Program-made: the position numbers and the translations under genes
In this document: positions 1 through 10,335 of the stretch, piece by piece
Position numbering within the stretch: position 1 is the first letter of the stretch
How the letters are laid out: each line of letters starts with the position of its first letter
Source: Candidatus Latescibacterota bacterium
Lineage (GTDB): Bacteria; Latescibacterota; UBA2968; UBA8231
NCBI GenBank assembly: GCA_965261395.1
Contig: OZ253462.1
Coordinates: 1,952,001-2,016,000, forward strand
Length of the DNA stretch: 64,000 nt
Reading direction: 5' to 3'
The notes under the pieces: model-generated
The model's input: only the letters and a program-made list of their open reading frames with translations
Database searches by the model: none
What the model was told of the DNA's origin: nothing

Positions 1-740
1 CCCCGCTGGCCCTCGACGGCCTGTTTGCCCACTGCCAACACGGCCCAGAAGCGGCCGTAGTCGAGACAGATCTGGCCAAAGTTCTCCACATCGGCTTCGA
101 CATAGGGTCGCCAGAACTTCTGCCAGCGCGCTTCCACCCGGCGGGGCACGCCCAGCAGGTGCAGGGCGTAGTCGATGGCGTAGCAGCCCATATTGGTCAT
201 TTCGCCGCCGCCGACCGTGGCCGCTGGATCAAAGCGCTCGGGCCAGGTGTCCCGGATCGGGAAGTCCGGGGCAAAGGTCATGCCAAAGGTGTGGTAGTAG
301 CTCACCACTTGGCCGTATAGTCCGGCCCGCACCTGGTGCAGCAGCTTGTCAAAGGCGGGTTGGAATTTGACCATGGGGACGTCGAAGACAGCGAGGACCC
401 CCGCGGCCCGCACCTGGTCTTCAATGCGTCGGGCGGCGGCTGGATTGTGGCACAGGGGTTTGTTGATCCAGAGCGCCTTACCGGCCCGAGCGGCCAATTC
501 GACCATCTCGGCTTTGTCGCAGGGATCGGTCGCCAGGGCCAGGATCTCGACCTGAGCATGGCCCACCACGGCCTCGTAACTGGCGGCGAGGGGCGCTCGC
601 ATGGCCTGCTGCAATTCCCCGGCCCGCTGCGCCCTGGGCTCGTATCCCGTCACCACCCAGGTCCGAGGATGCGCGGCGAACTGCCCGGCGATCCCGGCCC
701 CGTGGGTGCAGCAATTGCCCAATACACCAACGCCGTACAT
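1..740 (-). CDS. Gfo/Idh/MocA family oxidoreductase (runs off window start)
   Basis: Manual translation from ATG at 740, preceded by GGAGGA: MYGVGVLGNCCTHGAG...ALWINKPLC...GGGEMTNMGCYAIDY. Rossmann-type N-terminus and a KP motif. Absent from the ORF track because it has no stop in the window. Confidence 0.8.
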   Translation of the reverse strand, partial: MYGVGVLGNCCTHGAGIAGQFAAHPRTWVVTGYEPRAQRAGELQQAMRAPLAASYEAVVGHAQVEILALATDPCDKAEMVELAARAGKALWINKPLCHNPAAARRIEDQVRAAGVLAVFDVPMVKFQPAFDKLLHQVRAGLYGQVVSYYHTFGMTFAPDFPIRDTWPERFDPAATVGGGEMTNMGCYAIDYALHLLGVPRRVEARWQKFWRPYVEADVENFGQICLDYGRFWAVLAVGKQAVEGQR

Positions 741-854
741 GAAGTCCTCCTCGGTCTAGACCGTCGTCGGTTGCGGCAGCGGCCCGCCTGGCCTGTCCAC
801 ACCCACATCCACCAGCGCACTTGCAGCCAAGCCCCGTCAGCAGGTCGGTTTGCG

Positions 855-1724
855 CTACTCGAGAAACATCTCCCCGGTGAAGGGCAGCGGCCCGCTTGGG
901 CGCTCGTAGCGAATTTGTTGGGGCGTTTTTTCGAGCGCGGCGGCCCACTGGTCGCGCCAGTCTTCATAGACGGTCTCCGAGGCGGGGTCGCGCCGGCTGC
1001 GGGCGACGAGACTGGGCCACTCCGGTCGCGGGGAAGGCTCACCCGTCTTCTGGTAGCGCAGATCCATGCTCCAGCGCACGGCGTCAGTGTTGTTCGGGCC
1101 TGATCCGTGAGGCGTCAGCTTGTGTACGAACAAGACGTCCCCTTTCTGCATGGGCAAGCTAATCCGCTCGGTTTGGGGCAGGTCCTGCCCGTACGACCAA
1201 TAGACCATGCGCTGCTGGTGAACTCGGGGTTGGACCTGCAAGCAGCCGTTTTCTTCGGTCGCCTCGACTAGGGGGACCCAGACGGTCGCCTGTAGAATGC
1301 CTTGTGCTTGTTGGGTTGTGAACACAGCATCCTGATGAAAAATTACATCTGTTGACGGCATTTTTGGCCGGACGTGCGACACGGCATTGCAGGTGATTTC
1401 TGGACCGATGAAAGGCTCAATCAGATCGACGAGGTTCTGGTTGCGCAAAAACTCAAAGGTGCCGCGCCGGCGGGTTTCCCCTATGTCGGGACAGCCATCA
1501 ACCTCGTCGCACTCTTCTGCGAGGCAAGCCAAGCGCCGCTCAAAAGGCTCGTTTTCGTAGAGGTTGACGATCTTGCCTTGGCTGTGCAGATCGCGGGCAA
1601 TTTCATCGACGACGATATTGTGATCCTCGATTAGCGGCGCGAGATCGCCGTCGGTAAGCCCTCCTTTGATAATGACGTACCCTTCTTCTGCGAAAAAATC
1701 GAGCTGTTGGTTGGTTACTTTCAC
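855..1724 (-). CDS. Phytanoyl-CoA dioxygenase (PhyH) family Fe(II)/2OG dioxygenase
   Basis: FHQD, NGCL and HGSGPN..RWSMDLRY motifs. GTG start at 1724 after AGGAG (track start 1775). Confidence 0.85.
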   Translation of the reverse strand: MKVTNQQLDFFAEEGYVIIKGGLTDGDLAPLIEDHNIVVDEIARDLHSQGKIVNLYENEPFERRLACLAEECDEVDGCPDIGETRRRGTFEFLRNQNLVDLIEPFIGPEITCNAVSHVRPKMPSTDVIFHQDAVFTTQQAQGILQATVWVPLVEATEENGCLQVQPRVHQQRMVYWSYGQDLPQTERISLPMQKGDVLFVHKLTPHGSGPNNTDAVRWSMDLRYQKTGEPSPRPEWPSLVARSRRDPASETVYEDWRDQWAAALEKTPQQIRYERPSGPLPFTGEMFLE

Positions 1725-1898
1725 GGTTGGTCTCCTTCTGTTCAAATCAGCTAGGTTTTGTTGTCTTGCCTCCAAGTCCTTTATAACGACTCAACCGGCG
1801 GGAAACAAGACCCATCGGCCTGCCTTACCTCGACTTGTAAGGGTCCTGGATTGCCTCTACAATAAAAGCCGCATTTCCTCTTAAACAAAGACTATGGC

Positions 1899-3026
1899 AT
1901 GTTTGCGCTGATTTTCTTGGCGCTGCTCGGCTCAATCTACGGCTATTCGGGCTGGCGGCTCATCCCCTATCTCTCTCCGCCTGTACATATCGGTGCCGCA
2001 CTGGCGCTGGTGTTCCTACTATTGACGCCCTTATTGCTCTTTCGCCTGCGGTCTCGTCCTCATCTGGCCTGGCTGACGGATCCCCTCGCCTGGGTGGCCT
2101 ATCTCGGCATGGGCTTTTTCATCGTCTGTTCGACCCTGCTGATCCTGCGCGATATAGGGGGCCTGCTCCTGGACCTAGTCTATCCTATCGACGCAACACT
2201 CAATGCCAGCATCGACTTGGCGACCTTCGTCCTGACTCTGGTCATGGCGGGCTATGGCTGCTACCAAGCCCGACGTACGCCAGCGGTCCGCCAAGTCGAT
2301 GTCCCTATCGAGAATCTCCCAAATGCGCTGGTCGGGCTGCGCATCGTCCAAATCAGCGATCTCCACGTCGGCCCGACCATCAAGGCTCCTTTTGTGGAGC
2401 GCGTTGTCGCCCGGGTCAACGAATTGCAACCCGACCTAATCGTCTTCACCGGTGACCTCGCCGACGGAACTGTTGAACGACTCGCCCCTCACACGGCGGC
2501 CTTAGCCGAACTCACCGCCCCGCTCGGGGTCTATTTCTGTACCGGCAACCACGAATACTACTCGGGCGTGGAGGGCTGGACCGAGCAGGCGCGCCGCCTC
2601 GGCTTCGACGTCTTGGTCAACGAGAGTCGCCAGATCGACTGCGGCAGCGGACGGATCGCCTTGGCCGGCGCGACCGACTTCAGCGCCGGCGAGCTAGTCC
2701 CCGACCACGCATCGGACCCGGCCAAGGCCCTTGCCGCCAGCGACGGGGCCGATGTGCGCATCCTGCTCGCGCACCAGCCGCGCAGCATAGAGGCTGCCAG
2801 CCAAGCCAATTGCCACCTGCAACTGTCGGGCCACACCCACGGCGGCCAGTTCGTGCCGTGGAAGTACGTAGTCTCCCTACAACAGCCCTATGTCGCGGGC
2901 CTGCACAAATTTCGCGACACTTGGATTTACATCCACCGAGGCACCGGCTACTGGGGACCCCCGCTGCGGCTTGGGGTCCCTTCCGAAATCGCGGTGCTCA
3001 CCCTGAGCCGGGCTGGGTCCGCATGA
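1899..3026 (+). CDS. Membrane-anchored metallophosphoesterase (YkuE/YaeI-like)
   Basis: N-terminal TM helices, then SDLH, TGD, GNHE, LAHQP and SGHTHGGQ motifs. Confidence 0.9.
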   Translation: MFALIFLALLGSIYGYSGWRLIPYLSPPVHIGAALALVFLLLTPLLLFRLRSRPHLAWLTDPLAWVAYLGMGFFIVCSTLLILRDIGGLLLDLVYPIDATLNASIDLATFVLTLVMAGYGCYQARRTPAVRQVDVPIENLPNALVGLRIVQISDLHVGPTIKAPFVERVVARVNELQPDLIVFTGDLADGTVERLAPHTAALAELTAPLGVYFCTGNHEYYSGVEGWTEQARRLGFDVLVNESRQIDCGSGRIALAGATDFSAGELVPDHASDPAKALAASDGADVRILLAHQPRSIEAASQANCHLQLSGHTHGGQFVPWKYVVSLQQPYVAGLHKFRDTWIYIHRGTGYWGPPLRLGVPSEIAVLTLSRAGSA

Positions 3027-3193
3027 AGTCGCTTGACTAAGTCGCCAAACGGCTGACTCAGTTCGCTAATCTTCCGACGACAGATGGAAATTATGCGACC
3101 AATGAGATATGGCGCGCCATCATCCCCTTGACACACTGCGGATGACACTGTTTATCCACACTATCCGTCCGGCCCATCCCCTGGAGATGATCC

Positions 3194-4297
3194 ATGACTG
3201 CCAATGTCCAAGCTGTCCCAACCACAAACGGCCGCGCGGCCACTCAATTCCGCCTCATCGACTGCGACGTGCATCACACCCTGCCCAACGACAAAGCCCT
3301 CTTTCCCTACTTACCGCGCCACTATGTCGAGCGCATTGAGGACTTCGGCTCCATGATGCCGCAGTTAGGCCACACCAATATGCCCAAACATGGCAACCGC
3401 CAAGAATTGTGGGAGGACCAAGAGACCAATCCAGCGGCCAATGTCGAAGTGGCGCGCCAAAGACATCTCGACGAATACGATATCGACGTGGCCGTGTTGA
3501 CGGGCGGGCCGTACAGCGCGGCCGTGCATTCGGATTGCGATTATGCGGCGGCTTATTGCCGGGCCTTCAACGATTGGACCCTAGAGCATTGGGTAGGCGC
3601 GGACTCGCGCTTTAGATCCTCCATCCACATCGCTCCCCAAGACCCGCAGTTGGCCGTGGCGGAAATAGACCGCCTAGGCCCCAAGCCTGAGTGCGTCCAA
3701 GTGATGATGCCGGCTGGCTCGCGCCAACCTTTTGGCCACCGCTTTTACCATCCCATCTACGAGGCCTGCCAGCGCCACAGTCTGCCACTGAGCATCCACT
3801 TCGGGGGCGAGGGAGCCGGCATTGCTGCGCCGCCTACGGCCGCGGGGTATCCCTCGCATTATCTGGAGATGCGCATGGCCCGGCCGCAGATCGCCATGGC
3901 GCATACGGTCAGCTTCATCTGCGAGGGAGTATTTGAAAAATTCCCCGACTTCCGCGTCCTCTTCATCGAGCACGACGTGTTTTGGGTTCCGGGATTGATG
4001 TGGCACATGGATTCCGACTGGAAGGGCCTGCGCGATTATACGCCGTGGGTCAAGCGCCTGCCCAGCGAGTACTTGCGGCAGCACATCCGCTTTGGCACCC
4101 AGCCCATGATCCAGCCGCCCACGCGCGACGATATGAAGCGCTTTTTGGAGTGGCTGCACGCCGATGAGGTCCTAGTTTTCGCCAGCGACTACCCGCACTG
4201 GGACTGGGACGAGCCAACGGGTTTCCTCGCCGATTTTGACGCGGACTACCGCCACCGCATCATGGCACAAAACGCGACGGAACTCTATGGCTTCTAA
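3194..4297 (+). CDS. Amidohydrolase_2 family protein
   Basis: IDCDVHH, AFNDW, IHFG and FASDYPHWD motifs. Confidence 0.88.
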   Translation: MTANVQAVPTTNGRAATQFRLIDCDVHHTLPNDKALFPYLPRHYVERIEDFGSMMPQLGHTNMPKHGNRQELWEDQETNPAANVEVARQRHLDEYDIDVAVLTGGPYSAAVHSDCDYAAAYCRAFNDWTLEHWVGADSRFRSSIHIAPQDPQLAVAEIDRLGPKPECVQVMMPAGSRQPFGHRFYHPIYEACQRHSLPLSIHFGGEGAGIAAPPTAAGYPSHYLEMRMARPQIAMAHTVSFICEGVFEKFPDFRVLFIEHDVFWVPGLMWHMDSDWKGLRDYTPWVKRLPSEYLRQHIRFGTQPMIQPPTRDDMKRFLEWLHADEVLVFASDYPHWDWDEPTGFLADFDADYRHRIMAQNATELYGF

Positions 4298-4646
4298 GCG
4301 CCATGTGGTCGCCCGGGCCGAGGAACTGCCCGATGGAGCGCGCAAGATCCTCAGCGTGGGCAACAGAGAGATCGGCGTCTTCAATATCGGGGGCAGCTAC
4401 TACGCCCTGCGCAATAGCTGCCCGCACAAAAACGGACCCTTGTGCCGAGGCCGGTTGCGGCCCTTGGTCGTGTCGCTAGGCGTGTACCAGATCGACTATC
4501 GGCAAGAGGACTTGGTGCTCAAGTGCCCTTGGCATCAGTGGGAATTCGACTTGGCCACCGGGCAGGCGCTGTATGACGAGACCATGCGGGTGAAGACGTA
4601 CGCGGCAGGGCGCGAAGGGGAAGAAGTGGTCGTATATGTGGAGTGA
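4287..4646 (+). CDS. Rieske [2Fe-2S] ferredoxin
   Basis: CPH...CPWH motifs. ATG at 4287 overlaps the amidohydrolase stop. Confidence 0.88.
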   Translation: MASKRHVVARAEELPDGARKILSVGNREIGVFNIGGSYYALRNSCPHKNGPLCRGRLRPLVVSLGVYQIDYRQEDLVLKCPWHQWEFDLATGQALYDETMRVKTYAAGREGEEVVVYVE

Positions 4647-4814
4647 TGCAGGGGGCCGCTCGGTTTCCTAGCGCACGGGTGCAGGACGACGAGGAATAGG
4701 ATGACCCATTAGCCGACGGACCGGCCCATAAAAACAAGCCCTCGGTACGCCATGTAGCGGTTGTGATCCGCCGCTACCCTTGTTAATTTGCACGCCTCAA
4801 ATAGGAGGATAAAC

Positions 4815-5606
4815 ATGACCACAGCCCCGTCCGTTACCCAGCTCCACAAAGCACTCGACCAAGAGCAAATTGACCTATTCCGCCGCCGCGGCTTCATCGT
4901 CATCGGCAAGCTGCTCGACGACGACCTCGTCGCCTTGCTGCGCGATGAATACGACCGGCTCTTTGCCGAGGCGCGCCAAAACGGGCGCTTCCGCAACCTG
5001 TCCATCAACAACACCGACGACCTCGACGAAAAGAACAGTGCCGACGAGCAGATGTTGCAGATCATGCAAATGTGCGAGCGCAGCATCCACTTCCGGCAAC
5101 TGCTCTACGACGCCCGCATCCTCGACATTGCCGAAGACCTCATCGGCCCGAATATCCAGCTCTTCCACGACCAAGCCCTCTACAAACCCGCCCACCACGG
5201 CGGCCCCGTCTTTTGGCACCAAGACAACGCCTACTGGAAATGTATGCCAGCCAACTTGGTTAGTTGCTGGATGACGCTCGACGATGTCGATGTGACCAAC
5301 GGTGCCATGCACCTGCTGCCCAGCTCGCACCTGACGCCCGTCGGGCACGAGCGCTCAGAGCAGACCAGTGCCTTGCTCGACTACGGCGACCAAGTCGATG
5401 CAACCCAAGCCGCCGTCATAGACCTGCCCGCGGGCGGCGCGCTTTTCCACCACTGCCAAACCCTCCACTACACCCCGCCGAACCAAACCGATCGCCAGCG
5501 CCGCGCCTTTGTCATCCACTTTATGCCCCCTGGCACGCGCTCGGCACACACCGGGCAATTCCTCGAAGTGTCTTTTGGCCGACCCATGCTGCGGATGCGG
5601 GTCTGA
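4815..5606 (+). CDS. Phytanoyl-CoA dioxygenase (PhyH) family protein
   Basis: WHQD, NGAM and LHYTPPN..RRA motifs. AGGAGG RBS before ATG 4815. Confidence 0.88.
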   Translation: MTTAPSVTQLHKALDQEQIDLFRRRGFIVIGKLLDDDLVALLRDEYDRLFAEARQNGRFRNLSINNTDDLDEKNSADEQMLQIMQMCERSIHFRQLLYDARILDIAEDLIGPNIQLFHDQALYKPAHHGGPVFWHQDNAYWKCMPANLVSCWMTLDDVDVTNGAMHLLPSSHLTPVGHERSEQTSALLDYGDQVDATQAAVIDLPAGGALFHHCQTLHYTPPNQTDRQRRAFVIHFMPPGTRSAHTGQFLEVSFGRPMLRMRV

Positions 5607-5621
5607 TCACGGCAGTCAGAG

Positions 5622-6347
5622 TCAGGCCAAATAACGCTCGGGGCTTTCCACGACCTCGGCCAGCAGGGCATCGACATAGGCGTCTATAGAAAAAAGCCGG
5701 CACGGGGATGCGCCAACGAGGCCCCGTGTCAGTGGGCCGGTAGCGTCCCAATACGCCCCCAGAAGCGGGCGGTCCAAGGCGGGATAGGCGGCTTGGGAAT
5801 CGGTTCGACGCAAGTGATGCCAGTAGAGCACTTCGACCAGATGGATGTAGGTGGAAGTTTGGTAATCGACGCCCAGCATGAGAATTTTGCCGCCGCGTCG
5901 ATAGGCGCGGAACATGGGCGAGTGGGTGCCGTAGGTCCGTCCCCAAGGAGCCAGATCCCACGGCGAAGTATGACCTTCCTCACGCAGGTGATCCGCGACA
6001 AAATCCTCAGCACCTCGCCCTCGGGCCGCTACCGAATGGGAATAGTGGTCGGAACGGTAAGTATCAGGTAGGCGGCGAAAGAATTCGCTCAGCCAGCCCA
6101 CGGTCGAGGGGGTAGTAGCCCAGTCCCAGCGGCGCGCTCGTTCGCTTCGCTCTATCAGATGAAACGAGGGCATCAGGATAAGTCCGTCAGGGTCGACCGC
6201 CGCTTGGAGCGCATCAATCACAGTCTGCGCTCCGCCAGCGACAGCCCCCAGACTCTTAAACGAGGAATGAATAAAGAGCGTATCCCCCGCTTCGACGCCC
6301 AAGGCTTCTAAATGGCTCTGTAGATCGGCTTGGGTGTAGGCGTCCAT
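5622..6347 (-). CDS. AAC(3)/YokD family N-acetyltransferase
   Basis: LFIHSSFKSLG, LILMPSF, RSDHYSHS and STYIHLVE motifs. Family membership alone does not prove aminoglycoside resistance. Confidence 0.85.
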   Translation of the reverse strand: MDAYTQADLQSHLEALGVEAGDTLFIHSSFKSLGAVAGGAQTVIDALQAAVDPDGLILMPSFHLIERSERARRWDWATTPSTVGWLSEFFRRLPDTYRSDHYSHSVAARGRGAEDFVADHLREEGHTSPWDLAPWGRTYGTHSPMFRAYRRGGKILMLGVDYQTSTYIHLVEVLYWHHLRRTDSQAAYPALDRPLLGAYWDATGPLTRGLVGASPCRLFSIDAYVDALLAEVVESPERYLA

Positions 6348-6359
6348 CGCAGTGCGCGG

Positions 6360-8354
6360 TTAGGCTTTGTCCAGACGTATCTTGGTCAGCCCCAGTTCTT
6401 TCAGTTGGGCACGCAGACGGCGACTCGGTACGGGCTGCATGTCGGGGCTCCACGGCTGTACTAAACGAACTTTGCTGCCCAAGGCGCGCAGGCAGTCGGG
6501 CAAGTCGAAATCGGCCAGCACGCCGGGGATGAAACAAGCGGCCGGCCATGCCACCAGCGGCGTCTGGGTCCACTCTTGGTAGGAAAGCGGGGCGTTTTTC
6601 AGGGTTGCCGAGGCGATCTTATCGTGCAGCAAGGCCGCGTACAGGGCGAGCAAGGCACCTTGCCCGCGACCGTACAGCCGCACGCGGCGGGCACCGGCCG
6701 CGACGAGCAGATCGAGCACACTCAATACGTCGTGCAGGCGACGGCCCAGATAGCTCTGTCCCAGCATGAGACCGTGGCCGTGGAACATGTAGTCCATGCC
6801 ATAGGGATGAAAGAAAGCCGCTTCTGCGGGCGTAGGGATGGATTCGCCCAAGCCGCGCACGTCGAGAGCGTAGAGCGAGTGCTGTCGGCGTAGAGCAATG
6901 GCCAAGGCGTCGCCCTGCAAGTCGTCTTCGGCTGCCACGTGAGGCAAGTAAAGATGCACTTCCCCTTCCACGTCGAGGCTATAGGGACGCGGCGGGTCGG
7001 CTAGGCATTTGTGGAGTAGAGCCTGGATGCCGTCTTCGGTCTCGACCCCGTACCGGGCTATCGTTTGCCCGTCCAAGTGGGCGGGGCGCAGCACCCTGTA
7101 GTGAGGCAAGGGGCGCTTGCGAGGCAACTGGAGGCGGACAGTTAGGCGCTGCGCCAGCCGGGCTTTGTCCAGCTTGGTGCGCTTTTGCTCCAAGCGGCAG
7201 GCCGCAGCCGCGGTCAGATCGTAGATGGGCACCGCGCCAGCCTCGACCGTATTGCCGCGAGGCGTGACATTGAGCTGATCTGCGGTCAAAACGGCGGGAC
7301 GGTGAATCTTGCGCGACTGCGGCAAACCAGCTTGGCGGGCGAAAAAGTCCACCATGGCTTCTTGGTTGTGCCGCGAAAAACCGTGTCCCTCCGGGCCGAT
7401 GAAGAGCTGGGCGTCTTCTTGGGACGCGCCCAACAGGTCGTAAAAGCGGCGCACTTCCTCATGGGCTTCCCGCAAACCCCGCCGGTCGAAGAAATCGTAG
7501 TTCTGTCCCAGCAACAGAACCGGCTCGGGGGCGCGGGCGATGCAGAAGTCGGCCAGTTCCAAACCAGCGCCGATGACGCCGGGGGGATATTGCTCGCAGT
7601 CGGCCGGCAATTCGTTTTCGAGGTTGGACAGGAAAGTCGTTACAAAGCAGCTCGGGGCGGCCATGGTGAAGCGATTTTCTATCGCCCACAGCCAAGTGGT
7701 CATGGTGCCACCGCCCGAATTGCCCGTCAGCCCGACGTGGGCGGGATCGACTTCCGGGCGGCTGAGCAAGTAGTCGAGGGCGCGAATGCCGTCCCAAGCG
7801 CGCCAAGAGCCGAACCACTCGCCCACCAATTCGAGCTGTTTGCCCATCATATTGTGAGCGTGGCAGCAGTTGGCCACGGCGCTTTTGTCGCTCAGCTTCC
7901 AGTATTGGTCGCGTTCGCCTTGGTTGAAAGGATCGTAAATCAGCACCACAAAACCAGCGCGGGCGAGGCGTTGGCAAAAAGCCTGATAAAGTTCGTCGTT
8001 TTTGCCGTTGTCGCTGTGGCCGCAGGTGCCAATGACGCCGGGTGCAGGGCCGATCAGTTTGTCGGGTATGTAGAGATGTCCCGAGACCAAGCATCCGGGC
8101 CGGCTGGCGTAGAGGAGCTTTTCAATGCGATACCCCTGCTGCTGCACCGTGCCGGTGATTTGAGCGCTGAGGGGCGTGCGGCGAGGGCGGGGGCGAAAGG
8201 CTTTGGCAATGGCTTGGCGCACGTGACGTTGATACTCGATAGCTTGGCCGCGAGTGCGGATGTCGGTGAGGCGCTGGCGACGGTCCGCGCGTAGCTCCCG
8301 CAGGCGACCGACGTAGTATTCGAGCACCATGTGCTGATAGCCGTTGCGGGTCAC
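6360..8354 (-). CDS. Alpha/beta hydrolase, acetylxylan esterase-like (two-domain)
   Basis: CGHS, GNSGGG nucleophile elbow and a His in GHGF, plus a second degenerate hydrolase domain. Confidence 0.8.
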   Translation of the reverse strand: MTRNGYQHMVLEYYVGRLRELRADRRQRLTDIRTRGQAIEYQRHVRQAIAKAFRPRPRRTPLSAQITGTVQQQGYRIEKLLYASRPGCLVSGHLYIPDKLIGPAPGVIGTCGHSDNGKNDELYQAFCQRLARAGFVVLIYDPFNQGERDQYWKLSDKSAVANCCHAHNMMGKQLELVGEWFGSWRAWDGIRALDYLLSRPEVDPAHVGLTGNSGGGTMTTWLWAIENRFTMAAPSCFVTTFLSNLENELPADCEQYPPGVIGAGLELADFCIARAPEPVLLLGQNYDFFDRRGLREAHEEVRRFYDLLGASQEDAQLFIGPEGHGFSRHNQEAMVDFFARQAGLPQSRKIHRPAVLTADQLNVTPRGNTVEAGAVPIYDLTAAAACRLEQKRTKLDKARLAQRLTVRLQLPRKRPLPHYRVLRPAHLDGQTIARYGVETEDGIQALLHKCLADPPRPYSLDVEGEVHLYLPHVAAEDDLQGDALAIALRRQHSLYALDVRGLGESIPTPAEAAFFHPYGMDYMFHGHGLMLGQSYLGRRLHDVLSVLDLLVAAGARRVRLYGRGQGALLALYAALLHDKIASATLKNAPLSYQEWTQTPLVAWPAACFIPGVLADFDLPDCLRALGSKVRLVQPWSPDMQPVPSRRLRAQLKELGLTKIRLDKA

Positions 8355-8725
8355 GAGCGGTCTGCTTCCAAGACGAATTGGCGGTCCCCTTCCGAGTAGG
8401 CTACGATCATATCCGCGTCCTCGGGGCCGAGGCTAATGCCATTGTGAAAGACGCCGGCCGGGATGGCGAGGGTATCGCCCGCTTCTAAAGTGAAGGACTG
8501 GTCGCCCAAGCTATGCTCTACGCGGCCAGCGAGCAGATAGAGCACTTCTTCGCAATTGGGGTGGGCGTGGCGCGGGTTGGCTTGGCCAGCTTTGAGGACG
8601 ACGCGGCCCAAAGTGAGGCCCTCGACATTGCCCTGTGGACGGCCCGCCAACCAGGTCAGATGACCCCATGATTCGTCTATGCGGTTCTGGCGGCTCTCGG
8701 CGGCGCTGAGAAGAGGATGCGACAT
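8351..8725 (-). CDS. Cupin domain protein
   Basis: HAHPNCEE...IPAGVFH cupin metal motif. Confidence 0.88.
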   Translation of the reverse strand: MSHPLLSAAESRQNRIDESWGHLTWLAGRPQGNVEGLTLGRVVLKAGQANPRHAHPNCEEVLYLLAGRVEHSLGDQSFTLEAGDTLAIPAGVFHNGISLGPEDADMIVAYSEGDRQFVLEADRS

Positions 8726-8917
8726 GGTGGGTTTAGGCTCCGGTTAGGGATGAGCTATAGAAGAAAACGATAATGCAACTTTCCTCCTATGCCGAATTCG
8801 CAAATAGCGAACAGTTTGTCAAGAGCTATTACTGTGCCCTATGGTCGGCGCGCCGTACTCACCTATTGTAATCGACTTTTTTGACGACCCTCCAGCCATT
8901 GGACATATTACCGGCCC

Positions 8918-10300
8918 ATGAACTCCATAGACCCCCAGGCCCTGTTGGCGCTTGCCGCTCTTCTCGGCCCGCGCTTGAACGCAACTTCTGAGGTGTGCCG
9001 CGCACACGCCGCCGACGCCTCCTACCACGCGCCGCAACCGCCACAGGCCGTAGCCTTTCCCGCCAGCGTTGAAGAAGTAGCCCAGATCGCCCGGATATGC
9101 ACCGCGCACCAGGTACCGATTGTGCCCTTTGGCACCGGCACGGCTGTCGAAGGCGGTATCGTCGCCGTGCGCGGCGGCCTTTGCGTCGATCTCTCGCGCA
9201 TGAACCGCATCCTCCGCGTCAGTGCGGCCGACATGGACGCCACGGTCGAAGCCGGCGTCACTCGCCAGCAGCTCAACGAACATCTCCGAGCACAAGACAC
9301 CGGCCTGCACTTCCCGGTTGATCCCGGAGCCGATGCCTCCTTGGGCGGCATGGCCGCCACCCGTGCCTCTGGCAGCGCTGCGGTTGGCTATGGCACCATG
9401 CGCGACAATGTCTTGGGCCTCAAGGCCGTCTTCGCCGACGGCACAGTCGTCGAAGTCGGGGGTCGGGCACGCAAATCCTCGGCAGGTTACGACCTAACCG
9501 CCCTGCTAGTCGGCAGCGAAGGCACGCTGGCCCTTATCACCGAAGTAACCCTGCGCCTAGCCAAGCTGCCGGCGGCCATCTCCGCAGCGGTCTGCCCCTT
9601 TGCCGACCTCGACACGGCCGTCGGCGCTGCCATCGACGTCTTGAGCGCGGGGATCCCCGTCGCGCGGCTCGAATTGCTCGACGAAGTGCAAATGCAGGCC
9701 TGTAACCAATACGCGGGCCTCGATTACGAGGTGGCACCGACGCTCTTTTTTGAATTTCACGACTCGGAAAAGGGGGTTGTCGAACAAGCTGAAACTGCTG
9801 GCGCGCACGTAGCCCGGAGGGGCGGCGGTCCCTTCCGCTGGGCCACCGCCGCCGGTGAGCGCGACCGCTTGTGGCAGGCGCGCTACGACGCCTATTACGC
9901 CTCACGTGCGCTCCGCCCCGGCTCGGTGGGCTATGTAACCGATGTCTGCGTGCCGATTACGGCCCTTGCTCGCTGCATCCACCAAACGAGAGCCGCGCTG
10001 GCCGACCTCGACTTTCCCGCGCCGCTCTTCGGCCACGTCGGTGACGGCAACTTTCACGTCGTCTGCCTCATCGAGCCGGGCAACGCCGAAGAGCTAGCGC
10101 AGGTACAGCGGCTGGGCGAGCAGATCGTCGAGTGGGCACTCCAGGCCGGAGGAACTTGCACCGGCGAACACGGCATCGGCTTGGGCAAGCTCGACGCGCT
10201 TGAAGCCGAGTGCGGCCCAGGCGTCGAGATCATGCGCCGCATCAAAAAAGCACTCGACCCCGACCACCTTATGAACCCCGGCAAAGTCCTGCGCATCTGA
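8918..10300 (+). CDS. FAD-linked oxidase (D-lactate dehydrogenase/GlcD family)
   Basis: PFGTGT, KSSAGYDL, GSEGTL, HVGDGNFH, GEHGIG and MNPGK motifs. Confidence 0.9.
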   Translation: MNSIDPQALLALAALLGPRLNATSEVCRAHAADASYHAPQPPQAVAFPASVEEVAQIARICTAHQVPIVPFGTGTAVEGGIVAVRGGLCVDLSRMNRILRVSAADMDATVEAGVTRQQLNEHLRAQDTGLHFPVDPGADASLGGMAATRASGSAAVGYGTMRDNVLGLKAVFADGTVVEVGGRARKSSAGYDLTALLVGSEGTLALITEVTLRLAKLPAAISAAVCPFADLDTAVGAAIDVLSAGIPVARLELLDEVQMQACNQYAGLDYEVAPTLFFEFHDSEKGVVEQAETAGAHVARRGGGPFRWATAAGERDRLWQARYDAYYASRALRPGSVGYVTDVCVPITALARCIHQTRAALADLDFPAPLFGHVGDGNFHVVCLIEPGNAEELAQVQRLGEQIVEWALQAGGTCTGEHGIGLGKLDALEAECGPGVEIMRRIKKALDPDHLMNPGKVLRI

Positions 10301-10335
10301 AGCCACCATCCCCCTCAACTTAGCGAGATTGCATT

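Noticed and set aside
5622-6347. AAC(3) homolog as an antibiotic resistance gene
   Set aside because: It sits in a metabolic operon with no mobile context, and the family includes many non-resistance YokD-like enzymes.
7185-8294. Long antisense ORFs (also 336..1103, 11801..12766, 51382..52353)
   Set aside because: They mirror well-supported genes on the opposite strand, as expected from high-GC codon bias, and have no motifs.
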